A DNA stretch of 63,918 bases, counting the filler, from Hausera hauseri (taxonomy: Eukaryota): assembly GCA_046269625.1 (NCBI GenBank). It is 12 parts of 12 records of this genome, joined end to end, with 100 filler letters (N's around TTAATTAATTAA, not from the genome) between each part and the next. Parts side by side here need not be neighbours in the genome. Positions count along the whole stretch, not along the records: positions 48,325 to 55,087 come from JBJURY010068217.1; positions 55,188 to 59,702 come from JBJURY010546120.1; positions 59,803 to 63,918 come from JBJURY010751320.1; 9 more parts are not named here. The stretch is one strand, 5' to 3'. The notes below the pieces were generated by a model. The model was given only the letters and a program-made list of their open reading frames with translations. It was not told the DNA's origin and did not search any database. The position numbers and the translations under genes are program-made. Of this stretch, positions 48,540 to 61,361 are shown one piece after another; position 1 is the stretch's first letter, and each line of letters opens with the position of its first letter.

Positions 48540-49296
48540 TCGGATTCACCCAATTGGGGGGTTAAAATATAAGTACATATTCACCCAATACTATATAAGC
48601 ACGGATTCACCCAATCACGGATTCACCAAATCGGGGGATAACATATAAGTACCGATTCACCCAATCACTGATTTGCCCAATCACGGATTCGCCCAATCAT
48701 GGATTCACCAAATCATGGATTCACCAAATCGGGGGATAGCATAAGTACCGATTCACCCAATCACGGATTCACCCAGTCGCGGATTCACCCACTCTGGGGA
48801 TAACATATAACTACCAATTCACCCAAATTACGGATCACCCAATCCGGGATTTTAAAAAGGGCACATTCACCCGATGCTATATAATCACGGATTTGCCCAA
48901 TCGGGGATAACATATAAGTACCGAATCACCCAAATCACGGATTTGTCAAATCGGGAGTGACATACAAGTACCAGTTCAACCAATCACGGATTCGCCATAT
49001 GAAGGGACAACATATAAGTACCGGTTCACCCAATTATGGATTCACCCAATAACAGATTCACCCAATGGGCCGATAACATATAAGTACCGGTTCACCCAGT
49101 CACGGATTCGCCGTATCACGGATTCCCCCAATCATGGGTTCGCCCAATTATGGATCATCCAGTAACGGATCCACCCAATCGGGGAATAACATATAAGTAC
49201 CGGTTCACCAAATCGTGAAGTTCAATTTTGTTTAAACGCATCAATTTTCATCAGGGGGTTGGGGGTATTGGCGTCATGTCCTCACTTCTACCTACT
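48540..49296. repeat. Two-level minisatellite (CACGGATTCACCCAAT units punctuated by GGGGGATAACATATAAGTAC) with a unique right end
   Basis: Directly visible; a contracted copy of the right end lies at 54355-54478. Confidence 0.9.
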
Positions 49297-49589
49297 CACC
49301 AACACTAATTCGACCTTTGGTGTAAAATTTCGTTGTAAAACTTCAAGCCCACATTATATAGATATTTCAAAAATTGTGCACAGAAATTCCATATTTTGAG
49401 TACAACGTTTGTGTACATTTTCTGAAATTTACGTATCTCTATTTCATGATGGAAATCAATAATTTTAAATACTTTCAAATCAAGAATATACCAATAACAC
49501 TTTTTCAATAATAGTGCACTGCGGGGTAATTTGAGCTTGTGAATGACTGCACAATACAAATACTGAAAATCTGTCGAATAAAATGACAT

Positions 49590-50055
49590 GCATGCCCAGG
49601 AAGCTGACCGCACTAGGTAAATATTGCTTCATTGTTCACCTTCCTTTGAACATAACTATCGACTCATCGACTGAAACATTTTCACCTGGCCAGTAATGCT
49701 CGGCAAATGTTTCATGCGGCTTTTGTACAGTCGGTCTAACCTTGAATAGTCAATCATGACTTCAGCGGAATCAAAATGTTCTCCACTGTCACTGCCGTTT
49801 TTATCAATATCACTGACATTACCGTCATCTGGTAGAGTGTTAGACGGCCGTATCTGATTGTACGTGTGCAGTAAAAAGTGCTGGTATCAATTATTGAAAA
49901 CGATCGAAAATTCACTTATTTACTAGGTTTGTCATTGATATTCTACGCAGTTTATTGATATAAAATAAGTGCAAAAACAGCGAAGATCATTCATATATGC
50001 GTAACGTAGCGTAAGCACGCACTAAATGCATGACTCTTGGGCCTCAAAGGGTTAA
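49590..50055 (-). mobile_element. piggyBac remnant (5' end plus internally deleted transposase)
   Basis: TTAA|CCCTTTGAGG terminus at 50055-50042, acidic N-terminal piece, DRLYK, HYWPGENVSVDESIVMFKGR*TMKQYLP. Confidence 0.85.
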
Positions 50056-50288
50056 TGATGGGATAATATTAGATAATATATCATTCAACAATACTTTGCA
50101 ACTATTCGATCTCATCCTGCACTCAACTACTCGAACATTCGATCAGAAATTCGAATTATTTAGACAGAAGGCAAAAAACATCAAATAAAATACGAATGTA
50201 TCGCTGATGAGTGCAAAAATAGCTATATCGATCAAACGTATCGAATATCGAGTAATTGTTTGCATAAAATATCAGTGTTCGAAATTTT

Positions 50289-51074
50289 TCATGAACTTGA
50301 CTCTGGACCTTGTGTATCTCTTTCTTGTATAAGTCCAGGTCGTCCCAGTCTCTCGTTCTTCTGTGATCTCGTCGGTTCCGTCCATGCTTCTCGAATGTAC
50401 CTCCCTTCTGCATCCATTGCAGTTCCTGGTACAATTTCCATATTACGTCTATTGTTACTGAATTTAAACTAAATTAATAAGTTATTCAATATTTCTGTTG
50501 TACGAGACTTATTCATGACTTACCACCCAAATAGAGAATATGAAGAGTCCAACGAGTATTAAACATCCGATAACAATCAGTGCAATTGCCCATGGTGGTA
50601 CCGTAGCACTGCTAGTGAGTCCCACTTGAACTATATTGATAAATGATAATTACACGAATATCGAATATATGTTCAATTTACCCCACAAATAACAACTACT
50701 TACAATTCGATAATGTCCCATTCAATAACGCAGCAACAAATATAGTCTGAAGTTCAGCATTCGAGTACTGATACACCGACTGGATATTTCCCGAATATAA
50801 CGCAAGCACACTGCCCGGTCTATAATTGTAATCAATAATTGTAATCATCATATTTACCCCTACCTTAAAGTGATGATCAGTAAGGTAAATCCGTCAATTC
50901 CATAGTAACTTAATCCATAATATAATGATACTGTTTTTTGATTTGCATATGTCGAATATTCAGCAGATGACGTATTCAGATATTGATCAATAAATGTATC
51001 ATATGGATATCTGGCAACAAAGGATACCAAATACATGTAAATATAATTTGGAATTTGAACTAATTGGACAGATA
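50289..51074 (-). CDS. SEA-domain single-pass membrane (mucin-like) protein, last four exons
   Basis: Splicing short GT-AG introns gives ...YLNTSSAEYSTYA...LR|PGSVLA...(SEA, G^SV cleavage-type motif), TM PPWAIALIVIGCLILVGLFIFSIWV, and a tail ending TGA at 50289. Confidence 0.8.
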
Positions 51075-53319
51075 CTGAAAATTTCATAAAAATATGTAAA
51101 TAATGAAGTAAAATGTATTTTATGTAGTTTACTTCATAGAAATATTTTATCAGATAGAAATACGATGTGAATGAATTCTGCAGTATGAATGAAATATTCA
51201 AAATTTGAAAATTCAAATATCTCCAATTAATCAATAATTATTTGTTGTTTTGCAAATGAACAGAAAAGAAATTGCCATTCAATCATATGCCGAAATTTCA
51301 AAACAATTTCCTCAAGTACTTTTAATATAAAAACTTTAAAAAAGTTTATTTTAAAAATTCGAATTAACCAATCAAAATGAAATTGACGTTTTTGCACACT
51401 GCATGAAGAATTGTGAAATTTAGTGAATTATTTTTGTTGAATTTGTCTATTTAAGGATTTTAATGAATATCCGCATATTTTATCGAAATATTTAAGTATA
51501 ATATAAATATTGATCATTGAATTTATTTATTATCATCCTCTGGTTAATGTAGCCAATGTCGGTTCCAAGTCAGGAAAATACAGAAGGACCAGATGATCGA
51601 GACAAATAATCAATTTTTTCACAATTGGGAAAACCTTCATAAAGTGCAGTATGAAACGATATTAGCATTTGTTTACTCATGGCCATCCATATTACATTAT
51701 AAATCAATACATCAATTATAAAATGGAACTAAAAATTAAAACATAACTAAACAGCCATTGTTTGACTTGAAATCCGACGAAAAAAGTTTAAAAAGGCAAC
51801 TAATGTCATTGGGAATCTAAGCAACGGAACGAGATGTTTTCATCATTCAATGGGCGTATTAGGAATTCCTGTCTTTATTTATTTTGTACTATGTATTTGT
51901 TGTGTTAAACAGTAGAAAGTTGACTATTCAATAACCGCAGTAAATCAATGAAGTTTATTAAAAATTGTTCTGTTCTTATGGTGATGGGAAGAGGGTTAGT
52001 GAACGGTATCATAAGAATGGAAAAATAATGACGAAATTACACAACTATAACTCCATAAGTCACATCATTATTAGATCTGAATGGTTAGTAGATTTGTGCC
52101 GCAAAGACAAAATTGACGGAATTACCCGACAGTTCAGCTAATTTCATGGGGTAAATGTTTCGTTTATCAATAAGTAATTTGATTAGTGCCGAAAGTTATT
52201 CGAATTTGTCCATTATAGATACAAAACCGAATATATTTATCTAATTGCAAAATTCGAATGTTTAAGTCAGATAAAATGGAATATTAATTTGTTTGAATTG
52301 AATTACAACGGGATATAAAATGTTGTGTATATTGATTGATGTTTAAGAGTGATTAAAAATAAATACATATTCATCAAATATCTGGTTATTTTGTCAATAA
52401 AATATTCCGTAGTTGTTAATGACAACAATTCTGATACTCTGCAAACTACTTTCATTTCACTTCTACCCCAATTTAATCGCATTTCAGTACAGATTGAAAT
52501 GGAGATCATTTCGTGACAAAAATATGTTACTGCGCATTTATCTCATCACGGCTGACGTCAATCTATTGTTTCAATTATTTTATCTGGATGGCATTTTTTT
52601 GGAGGAAACAGCGGTCAGATTTTGAACAATAAATTTGAGATTTTGTAAAATGGCTGACGTAGATTTTCATGTGCACAAAAATTCTATTACAAATATCGAA
52701 TTCCTGTGCACAGTTTTGATTGATAAAATTGATGCACACAAATTAATTATCAATACACCAACACACTAAAATCGAACTTTGGTGTAAAATTTCGTTGTAA
52801 AACTTCATTGAAAAATAATTAATTAATTAAGCGTTATATAAATCAGAATCGGTGATCAAACATACAAATCTGAATTTCAATCCGCAAAAGATTCGTTATA
52901 TCCTATGGTTACCAGAATTTGAATAGAAACTAGTTAGCAATATATTACGATTTATAAAAACGAGATCATCAACATGAAATCCTTCAATTTGAACAAAAAT
53001 GCTAACAGAAAGTAATTTACAGCAAAATGTAACGCCTACATTGGCGTGCGATATGTAAATATACCACATATTATAACATATTGTTGCCATGCAAAAAATT
53101 ATTCATTTAGACATTTGAAATATTCAAATTTATAGATAAAATCAATTTATGATGGTTACGAAATTCGTGAATCAGACAAAAGTTTCACGGTTCTGGTTTG
53201 ATATAGAAAAAACGTCAAAGGCGGTACAATTAACAATTAAATCATTGACAGAATGTAGTTTTCATGGACTATTTACAATAGTAGTTCATAAATTAAATTA
53301 ACTATATAGTATAATTAAT

Positions 53320-55087
53320 CCTTATCGGTGGGAACAAATGTTATAAATAGTCTTTTTGTATTGGGTAATTCCGGCATAGCTCCATTATTTTGCTACAATT
53401 CACTATCCCTCCCAATTGTTTTCATTGGAGATAATTCGTGTACGGTAACATCTTTACTAACGATTATTTATTATATTTCATTTATATGCGTATATATTTC
53501 AATATGGATCACTCAAATTCAACAGNNNNNNNNNNGTCAAATATCAGTATTGATTGGCATAACTTGTGCGTTACCCACTGAGTGCACTGCCTTTAAAACA
53601 ATCAAATGATAAAAATTGAAATCTATTTTACCGATAATGTGCCAATTATAATTCCACTTATGAGAACAACTCTTGACACGGTTATAGCTGCAATACCCCA
53701 AATGGGGAATGTCGCATTAACCCCTGTGCACTCTGAAAACATTAAAACAATCATCATCTATTCGTAATGCTCGACAATACAATTTGACAATCTGACTGAA
53801 CTTTATATGTAACAACTGAATTTTAAAATTCGATGATCATTCATGAGTCAAATTTCTGCTTGAGTATTCGAAATTTCCATTGCATTCTACATATGTACAT
53901 ATGTTTAATCATAATTCATCGACATGAATTCTGCATTTTGATAAAATGTTAATGGTACATTTGACATTGGTAAAAATCTTTTATCACGTATTACTCCCTT
54001 TACAGATATATCAGCGAGTTTTTCAATGCTTCTTTTCAAACGCTCCTTCATGTTTTGACTGGTAATCATTAGCCTCAAATTTTCTTCCAATTTTGGATAA
54101 TTTTGAATTTCTGTATTGTATGTTGGTTGGGGGTTTTCTGGTACGTAATGAAAATCACACTAATAATAAATTATAACGAGAATAAAAATAAACCCTTAGC
54201 ATTACCTTTATTTCATCACCAGATAACAAAGTACAACAAGATGGAAATTTTTTCATTCTTTTATTTATTTAAAATGTTATTTTTTCCACATTTTTTTCAT
54301 AACCTTTTTCTCATATAAAAATATGACCTTAATCTTAAACGTCCCTCATGTGACAAATTCCGATTCACACAATCGGGGGAAAACAAATAAGTATCAAAAT
54401 TGAATTTTATTTAAACGTATCAATTTATTTAATGGGGATGGGGTGGGGTTTGCGCCAGAGTACCCATTTTCCACTACTAATATAAAAAACAATGAAACAG
54501 GCAAAAGATAATTTGACAAAAATTGTAGTAAGAAAATATACCGAAAATGTCTTACTTAATGAGTTCACCATCACTGTTGATGATCCAATAACATTCAATG
54601 ACGAATTGGAAATATTTGCAGTTGTGACAGGAATGAATGTGGAAGTTTTGGTGCCTGTAATTGGTTGTGCAAGTGTGTTTGTAATTGGTCGTGTTTGTGT
54701 GCCTGCAATCGGTTTTGTTTGTGTGCTTGTAATTGTTTGTGATCTTGTGCTTGTAATTGGTTGTGTTTGTGTGTTTGTAATTGGTCGTGTTTGTGTGCCT
54801 GTAATTGGTTTTGTTTGTGTGCTTGTAATTGGTTGTGTTTGTGTGCTTGTAATTGGTTGTGTTTGTGTGCTTGTAATTGGTTTTGATTTTGTGCTTGTAA
54901 TTGGTTGTGTTTGTGTGCCTGCAATCGGTTTTGTTTGTGTGCTTGTAATTGGTTGTGATCTTGTGCTTGTAATTGGTTGTGTTTTTGTGTTTGTAATTGG
55001 TTGTGTTTGTGTGCCTGTAATTGGTTTTGTTTTTGTGCTAGGTTTTAATGTGGATGTTGATTTAGTTGTTTTTATTTTGGTGCTTGT
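53320..55087 (-). CDS. Second membrane mucin-like gene (PTS-repeat exon, TM exon), possibly degenerate
   Basis: Open minus frame 55087 to about 54556 with TSTQTQPI repeats and a GTAAG donor. TM-like exon FPIWGIAAITVSRVVLISGIIIGTLS at about 53633-53735. Stops occur in some intervening pieces. Confidence 0.55.
54640..55040. repeat. 24-bp coding tandem repeat
   Basis: Unit approximately GTGCTTGTAATTGGTTGTGTTTGT. Confidence 0.95.
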
Positions 55088-55199
55088 NNNNNNNNNNNNN
55101 NNNNNNNNNNNNNNNNNNNNNNNNNNNNNNNTTAATTAATTAANNNNNNNNNNNNNNNNNNNNNNNNNNNNNNNNNNNNNNNNNNNNGGACCGTTGTAT

Positions 55200-55871
55200 T
55201 TCAATTTTAAATGAGTACCTGAATATCTATTTGTTGTTGTATCTGACAGCAACGATTTTTAAGAATTGTTCTAGCACTGAAATGATCGTTTACTGAAATA
55301 GTCAGGAGTTTCCGTTGATTTCAAAGGACTTGGTCTAGAAGATTTCTTCCATGCATAAGACAGATTTTTATTTGTAAATGCAAAACCCTGAAACATCGGA
55401 CTGCTTAGTTCAGCATATAATGAGCTACAGTTCACTTCTATCCTAAGTTTTGATGTTATCTCGTTATCTTCGAATGTTTTCAAATAAGAATAAACGCGAC
55501 CTTGAAGAAGATGGTGTTGAGCTGCCGTAATAGACAGATGTCTGATTGTTATCTAATAGATGTGGTTATAAAATTCTTTAAGAGTTAAGCTGGAATAGTC
55601 GACATATTCAATATTAGAACTTTCATCAAATAGAGTTCTTTTTAATTCATCATTTTCATCTTGATAAAACTCATTAATTAGAATTTTCCCATCTTCTCGG
55701 TACAGGTAAATTGACAATCGTATTGTTTCCTCTGCTCTGGCCGATCGACCGCCAACAAAGGGGAATTGGCAAGTAGAGGTTGGGACGAACGGCACACCGG
55801 TCTAGCGGCGCCAAATCATAAATCGTTTGCAGAAGTGATGGTGACACCCATAACCGTGACACCACAGTCAC
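55200..55871 (-). pseudogene. Unidentified disrupted reading frame divergent from the cadherin
   Basis: ORFs 55674-55871, 55553-55795 and 55271-55483 chain together through one frameshift and in-frame stops. Confidence 0.3.
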
Positions 55872-56063
55872 ATCTATAATTAATGATAACTATTCAATTA
55901 AATCTAAAACACAAAGCTCCATTTCGATATTTTATTGAGTATTTTTGAGAACTTTTACGATTTAAAATTTTTATTTCGAAAATAGATTAAAACAGGTGAA
56001 AAACATAAATAATGCATTAAATTAAATTATTTTATCCAGCTTTTAGAGTTTAACTATTTATCA

Positions 56064-59000
56064 ATGCTGATTTGGTTATTTTGCATTGCTGCATTTAAAC
56101 CGTGGAAAGCAAATAGTCTAACGATATCTTTTACAAAGTCGATTTACCGTGTGAGCATCTATCAAGATCAGAACATTCGAAATTATGTTGTTCATTCGGA
56201 TTTTCAAATGGGAATTCCCCAACCAACGGGTGAAAATGGAACGATCCAATATCGAATTCGGGAATCATCAGACATTATCAATACTTTTGTTGCTGAAAGT
56301 CGCTTAATCGGAGCATTTGTCTATTTACGTATTCGTACGAAATATTATGCCAACATCAATCGTGAACGCAAAAGCCATTACAATTTAACAATAAACGGAC
56401 AGTTTTATTCGAAACTTTATGAAAAGATAATTGTTGAAACGAATTGTTCAGTTCTAGTCGACGTATTAGACACCAATGACAATTGTCCGATTTTCACTAA
56501 GGAATCGTTTGAATTCGTTGTGAACGACAATTCATCGATTGCATCGATGATCGGTACCGTTTCGGCAACGGACGCTGACGACGGAATTCATTCGGAAATC
56601 TTCTATTTTTCCAAAGAATTAGCGATAAAATTGAACCAACGGGAATTTCCGTTTGCCATTGATCCGATAACCGGTGCCATTTATCCAACGGAGAAACTTT
56701 ACCGATTTGCCGGACATCGTTTGTCGACGAAGGTGTTCGCCATTCATCGAGGCGATTTGAGTCTGATCAATTGTGACGTTATCAGTCAAACTCAGTTGTC
56801 AATAATCGTCCGATCACCCAATGAACATTCACCGGATATTACCGTACGTGAACTGCCGCAATATTTCGATATATCCACCGATGATTATCCATACGCACAA
56901 ATTACCGTAACGGATGAAGATGACAAACAACGCATCCATCGTAACCCATATCCAATAATTGTTACGTCATCTCAATCATCGGTGTTCGTTTTTCTCTCGC
57001 CCACCGATCGGATAAACTCGTACATTATGAAAATTCGTACGATATCTTTATCCGTTCCGATCAACAAAATCAAAATCCAAATCGACGCTTGGGATTTCGG
57101 TACGCCATCGAAAAAGACCACCAATGAATTTTTCGTCAATCTCCGGAAAACTGTTCGAAATCTGAACATGCTTACGTCATTTCCCGATCAGATCACTGTT
57201 CAGATCCCGGAAAACGTCTTAATCAATTCCAGCATCTATTTGTTACGGCCTCATTTCCGATCGATAAATCCCGACAGCATTTATCAATTGATGTTTTCAT
57301 TCATTCCCGATCCGAATGGAGCATTTCTGAACAGCGATATTGCACTTTCGTCAACGGGTGTCGTGTCGGTTATGAAAGAATTGGATGCGGAAAATTACGG
57401 AACGCGAGAACGAAACTATACCGTTGGTGTTTCGTTGAAAGACAGCAATGTCAATGACGAACGATCGTTTCAATTGCGAATAATTATCGACGATTTCAAC
57501 GAATTTCCACCGATTGTCGCTAACAATTTGACGAGAATCGCCATTGGCGAATCGTCCGCCATTGGAACGTCGATTTTGCAAATCGACGCATTCGATCCGG
57601 ATATCAGTCGAACGGAAATGAAATATTATTTGTACGATGAACAGAATTTACCGTTTAAATTGGACGAAACGAATCGGAAATCGATCGTTATCAAAGCGAA
57701 TCTCGATGCGGAAACGATGGCGAGAATTATTCCATTACGAGTATTGGTATCGGACAGCGGTTGGCCATTTGCTCGATCGGTTGTTGCGCATTATGAAATT
57801 GAAATCGGCGATGAAAACGAATACAAACCGGAATTTCTTTATCAAAATTGTACGATTTACATCAGCCGATCGTTGAGATACGGTTTTAAATTGGGTCAAT
57901 TTCTCGCCGAAGATTTGGATCGAGACGGACGACAACGAGTAAAAGTATCATTATCGTCCGTATCGTTCAGTGAACCGTGTTTTATGATCGATCCCCGATC
58001 CGGTTCACTGCGAATACTCTGTTCATTACGGAACAAAGCATTCCGAAATGTGCACAATTTTACGATCATTTTACGAGCAACCGATGGTTATTTCCAATCG
58101 GATGATTTACAACTGCAAATAATCGTCATTGAACCGCAAACGAACAAAACAACAAACCAATTACCGATTCAACAGAACTGCAAAGAAAACAACATTTACT
58201 CACGACTCCAACGGAATTTCGACCGACTCAACGAATGGAAACGGCACGATTATCAACAACAGCAGCAAACAAATCGCATTCGACACCGTCCAAAATTCCT
58301 GTCCAACATTCCAAAATCCATACACTTACGAGAAGAATTGCCGACGAATTACGTCATTGCCCAAATTGCCATGGAAACCGAACAAACAACCGGCAATCCG
58401 TACGATTCATACTTCATGTTCGGTATCCAATCCGACGGTGACGATCAGCTATTTTCAATCAATCGAACATCGGACAGTACAGCACAAATCATTGTCCAAG
58501 ATCGAATTGATCACGAACGACAAACCGTCCATCGGTTAACAATTCGAGTTTGTGATCAGAACAAAATCCGATACTGTTCAACAACGAAAACCGAAATCAA
58601 AGTCGAAGACATCAACGATAATCGGCCACGATTCGTCGATTCGTTCCAGTTGCCTTTGGAAATACCGGAAAATTATCCAATCGGACAGAAATTCGTTCTC
58701 GTTGAAGCTACCGATTCCGATTCGTTCGGTTCTATTCAATACCGGCTTGCAAATTTCCGGAATGTTTTTCGAGTACACAAACGAACGGGCTGGTTGAAAC
58801 TCAAATCGAAATTAGACCGAGAAAAACGGGATTTCTACGAATTGCTCATAACGGCATCGGATCAAGAATCACAAGGAAGATCATTAACGTCAACGTTGGT
58901 ATTGAAAATCAAAGTCCGCGATGTCAACGATAACAAGCCGATATTTACGAAAAAGAGTTATACACTCTATTTACCGGAAGATTTACCAATCGGCAGTTTT

Positions 59001-59421
59001 CTCGTTCAATTGCTGGCAACAGACGCTGATTCCGATCAAAATGCCGAATTGCATTTTACACTTCACGGATTACAATCGGCTTGTTTCCGTTGCGATGAAT
59101 TGACCGGTACTATTTATCTCCAATGCAAATTATCCCCGTCAACCGAATATCGACTCATAGCACTCGTTAAAGATAATGGTCAACCACAAACGCTGTCCAG
59201 TCAAGCGGAATTTACGGTGTACGTACAGAAAACGCAATGGAACATTCATCCACCGTTTCTCAAAGAACCATTGATTGAAGTGCAAATTCCTGAAAATTGT
59301 CCACCGGGAACTCTTGTTACAAAATTGACCCCTGAAGATAAAGATAAAAACATTCAGAATTTTATTTATACAATAAGCGGACAATCTAGTGGGATATCTG
59401 TTTTTCAGATTAATAGGAAAG
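56064..59421 (+). CDS. Fat2: Fat-like giant protocadherin (FAT1-3/Drosophila Fat2 type), first coding exon, about 10 cadherin repeats
   Basis: Signal peptide, Fat-like N-terminal signature FVAESRLIGAFVYLRIRTK..INRE, repeated LDRE/ATDxD/DxNDNxP motifs. Probable donor AAAG|GTTGG at 59422. Confidence 0.92.
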
Positions 59422-60261
59422 GTTGGAAACTTAAACTTTTATATATATAAAACTAGAACTGTGCTAGAAATAAATACCACACTTAGGCGTATTTGTTAAT
59501 AAAGTTCACTATACTGTCACTAAATATAGTAACACAAAATATTCAATACCCCTCACCCTAACTAAAATAATACGAAAGTTACTAAGGAAAATAACTTAAA
59601 CTGAATTTCAACAATTCCATACCACTCCACGATTGACTCTGCCATTTCAATTTGAAATATCTACATTTTTGCGAAATCAATCGTCATTCAATTGTGCCTT
59701 AANNNNNNNNNNNNNNNNNNNNNNNNNNNNNNNNNNNNNNNNNNNNTTAATTAATTAANNNNNNNNNNNNNNNNNNNNNNNNNNNNNNNNNNNNNNNNNN
59801 NNTACAAGAATACTAGAATCATATATGTAGATGAAATATTTTTTTGAAACTATTTTTTTATTTCCTACCTAACCAACTGCCTTAGAGCTAACTCCTAATA
59901 ATCCCGCTTGGCTGCTCACAGAAACCAACGTAAAGGAACAGGACTTACCCGGAACTTGTCATCAACTTCCTCACGGCAATCCTTCCGCACTTGGTTCTCC
60001 ACAGTCGTTTGGTATTCACTGCTTTCAAACACACAGGACAGGAGAGTCTCTCGTTCAGATAAATCACCTCTTGAAATAGCACTTTCGACGACACTGCACC
60101 TTCCTTTAAGAGCCTTTCGTCGTGACCAAAGTCTAATTCACAGGTCGATAAGTTCACAGTTCTGAACACAGTTGTGGGCTATGGATTCGGGCCTTTTTTA
60201 CGAAAGCACCAAATCCCAACACGGCTGCCACCACTAAATAGTTATCTCTCTATTATACTGC

Positions 60262-60998
60262 TGTGACGTAGTGCACCCACACGGTAGCACCATATCAACA
60301 CAAGGTAGCGAGTTCCATAATAGAAGAAATAACTACAGATTAGAACTAAACTTTCTTTATTTTGGATTTGTAGGCCAGCGGACTTACATAATCAGGGATT
60401 TCTCTCCCCCTGGACTCTCAGGCACGCAGACCTATCCAGTTCAAAGCCGCAACAAAAACCAAAAGAAAATCCTGAACCTCTCGGTTCCGAGTCTAAAGGA
60501 AGAACTAAACTTTTTAAACTAAAATCCAAAGTCCCTTCTTTTTTCCTTGAGACCTCTCTCTTCCTCCGCGGGAGCAAGGGCACGCCCCCTCGCACCCGGG
60601 TTTCGAATCAGCGTCCAGGGACAGTCCCTTCTTCCAGATTCACCACACCAATCTCCGTGCACGCCGATTCCAAATAGCCGGAGTTCGGGGCCACACCCCA
60701 AAGGGCGGACCCCCCTTCACCTGGTCCCTTCTCGTCTGCCGGAGGATGCCCAGCTGACCAGTATTTCACCATGCACCGGCCACCTGTGCCCACTGAGTAC
60801 ACCCGTCAAAAGCCCTGACAGGTAGACAGTTCAGGACCGCCTCCGGGCGCCGCCCAGTCTAGCTTTCGTCGGCACAAAAGGTCTGTCCCGGATCACCTGC
60901 TTCAAATTCGTTTGATTTGAAAGCCACTAGTCTCCAGAGGGGCGAGATGGCCTGAGAAAAGTCTCTTTCCCACGGGTTGAATGAAAGCCTTTGTCACA
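60262..60998 (-). repeat. 3' LTR of the Gmr1-like element
   Basis: TGTGAC...GTCACA inverted termini, preceded on minus by GGGGAAGGCTGC (PPT, 60999-61010). Confidence 0.8.
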
Positions 60999-61361
60999 GC
61001 AGCCTTCCCCCAAAGATTTTGCTTGCAACAGAGCGAGCAAAGTTCCAGGCTCTTTGTTTAGAAGCCCTGTCCCCCAGTGGAGTCCAGAACAGCCAAGACC
61101 ACAATAGCATATGAGTGAGAACAAAGTCCCGCTCACCCCATTACAAAAATAAACAGGCAGAGAGAGAAATCATAGAAAAAAAGCATATTAAGTAAAACAG
61201 AAAGAAAAAAAGATCTCCTAGAATAAAATAATATTACAATGCTTGACACTGAATTATAATTATGAATATTTACACGAATGAATAACATAATTCTAGATAT
61301 ACATGTAGTTTTCCAGGATCATTTGCTTGGACTGCATAGCTTCCTCAGAGGGGGGGGGGGG

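Noticed and set aside
48540-49215. CRISPR-like repeat/spacer appearance
   Set aside because: The intervening segments are themselves repeats of a 16-bp unit rather than unique spacers, there are no cas genes, and the context is eukaryotic.
54492-55139. 215-aa VLVIGCVC ORF (+) and AHKHNQLQ ORF (-)
   Set aside because: Shadow frames of a 24-bp repeat. The Thr-rich minus frame with a splice donor is more plausible, and the + ORF reads through Ns.
59945-60169. Possible RING/zinc-finger exon (CPVC..KCG)
   Set aside because: Too few ligands and no recognisable family.
61350-61361. Poly-G run as the PPT of the Gmr1-like element
   Set aside because: It reads as poly-C on the element strand; the better PPT is 60999-61010, next to the LTR.
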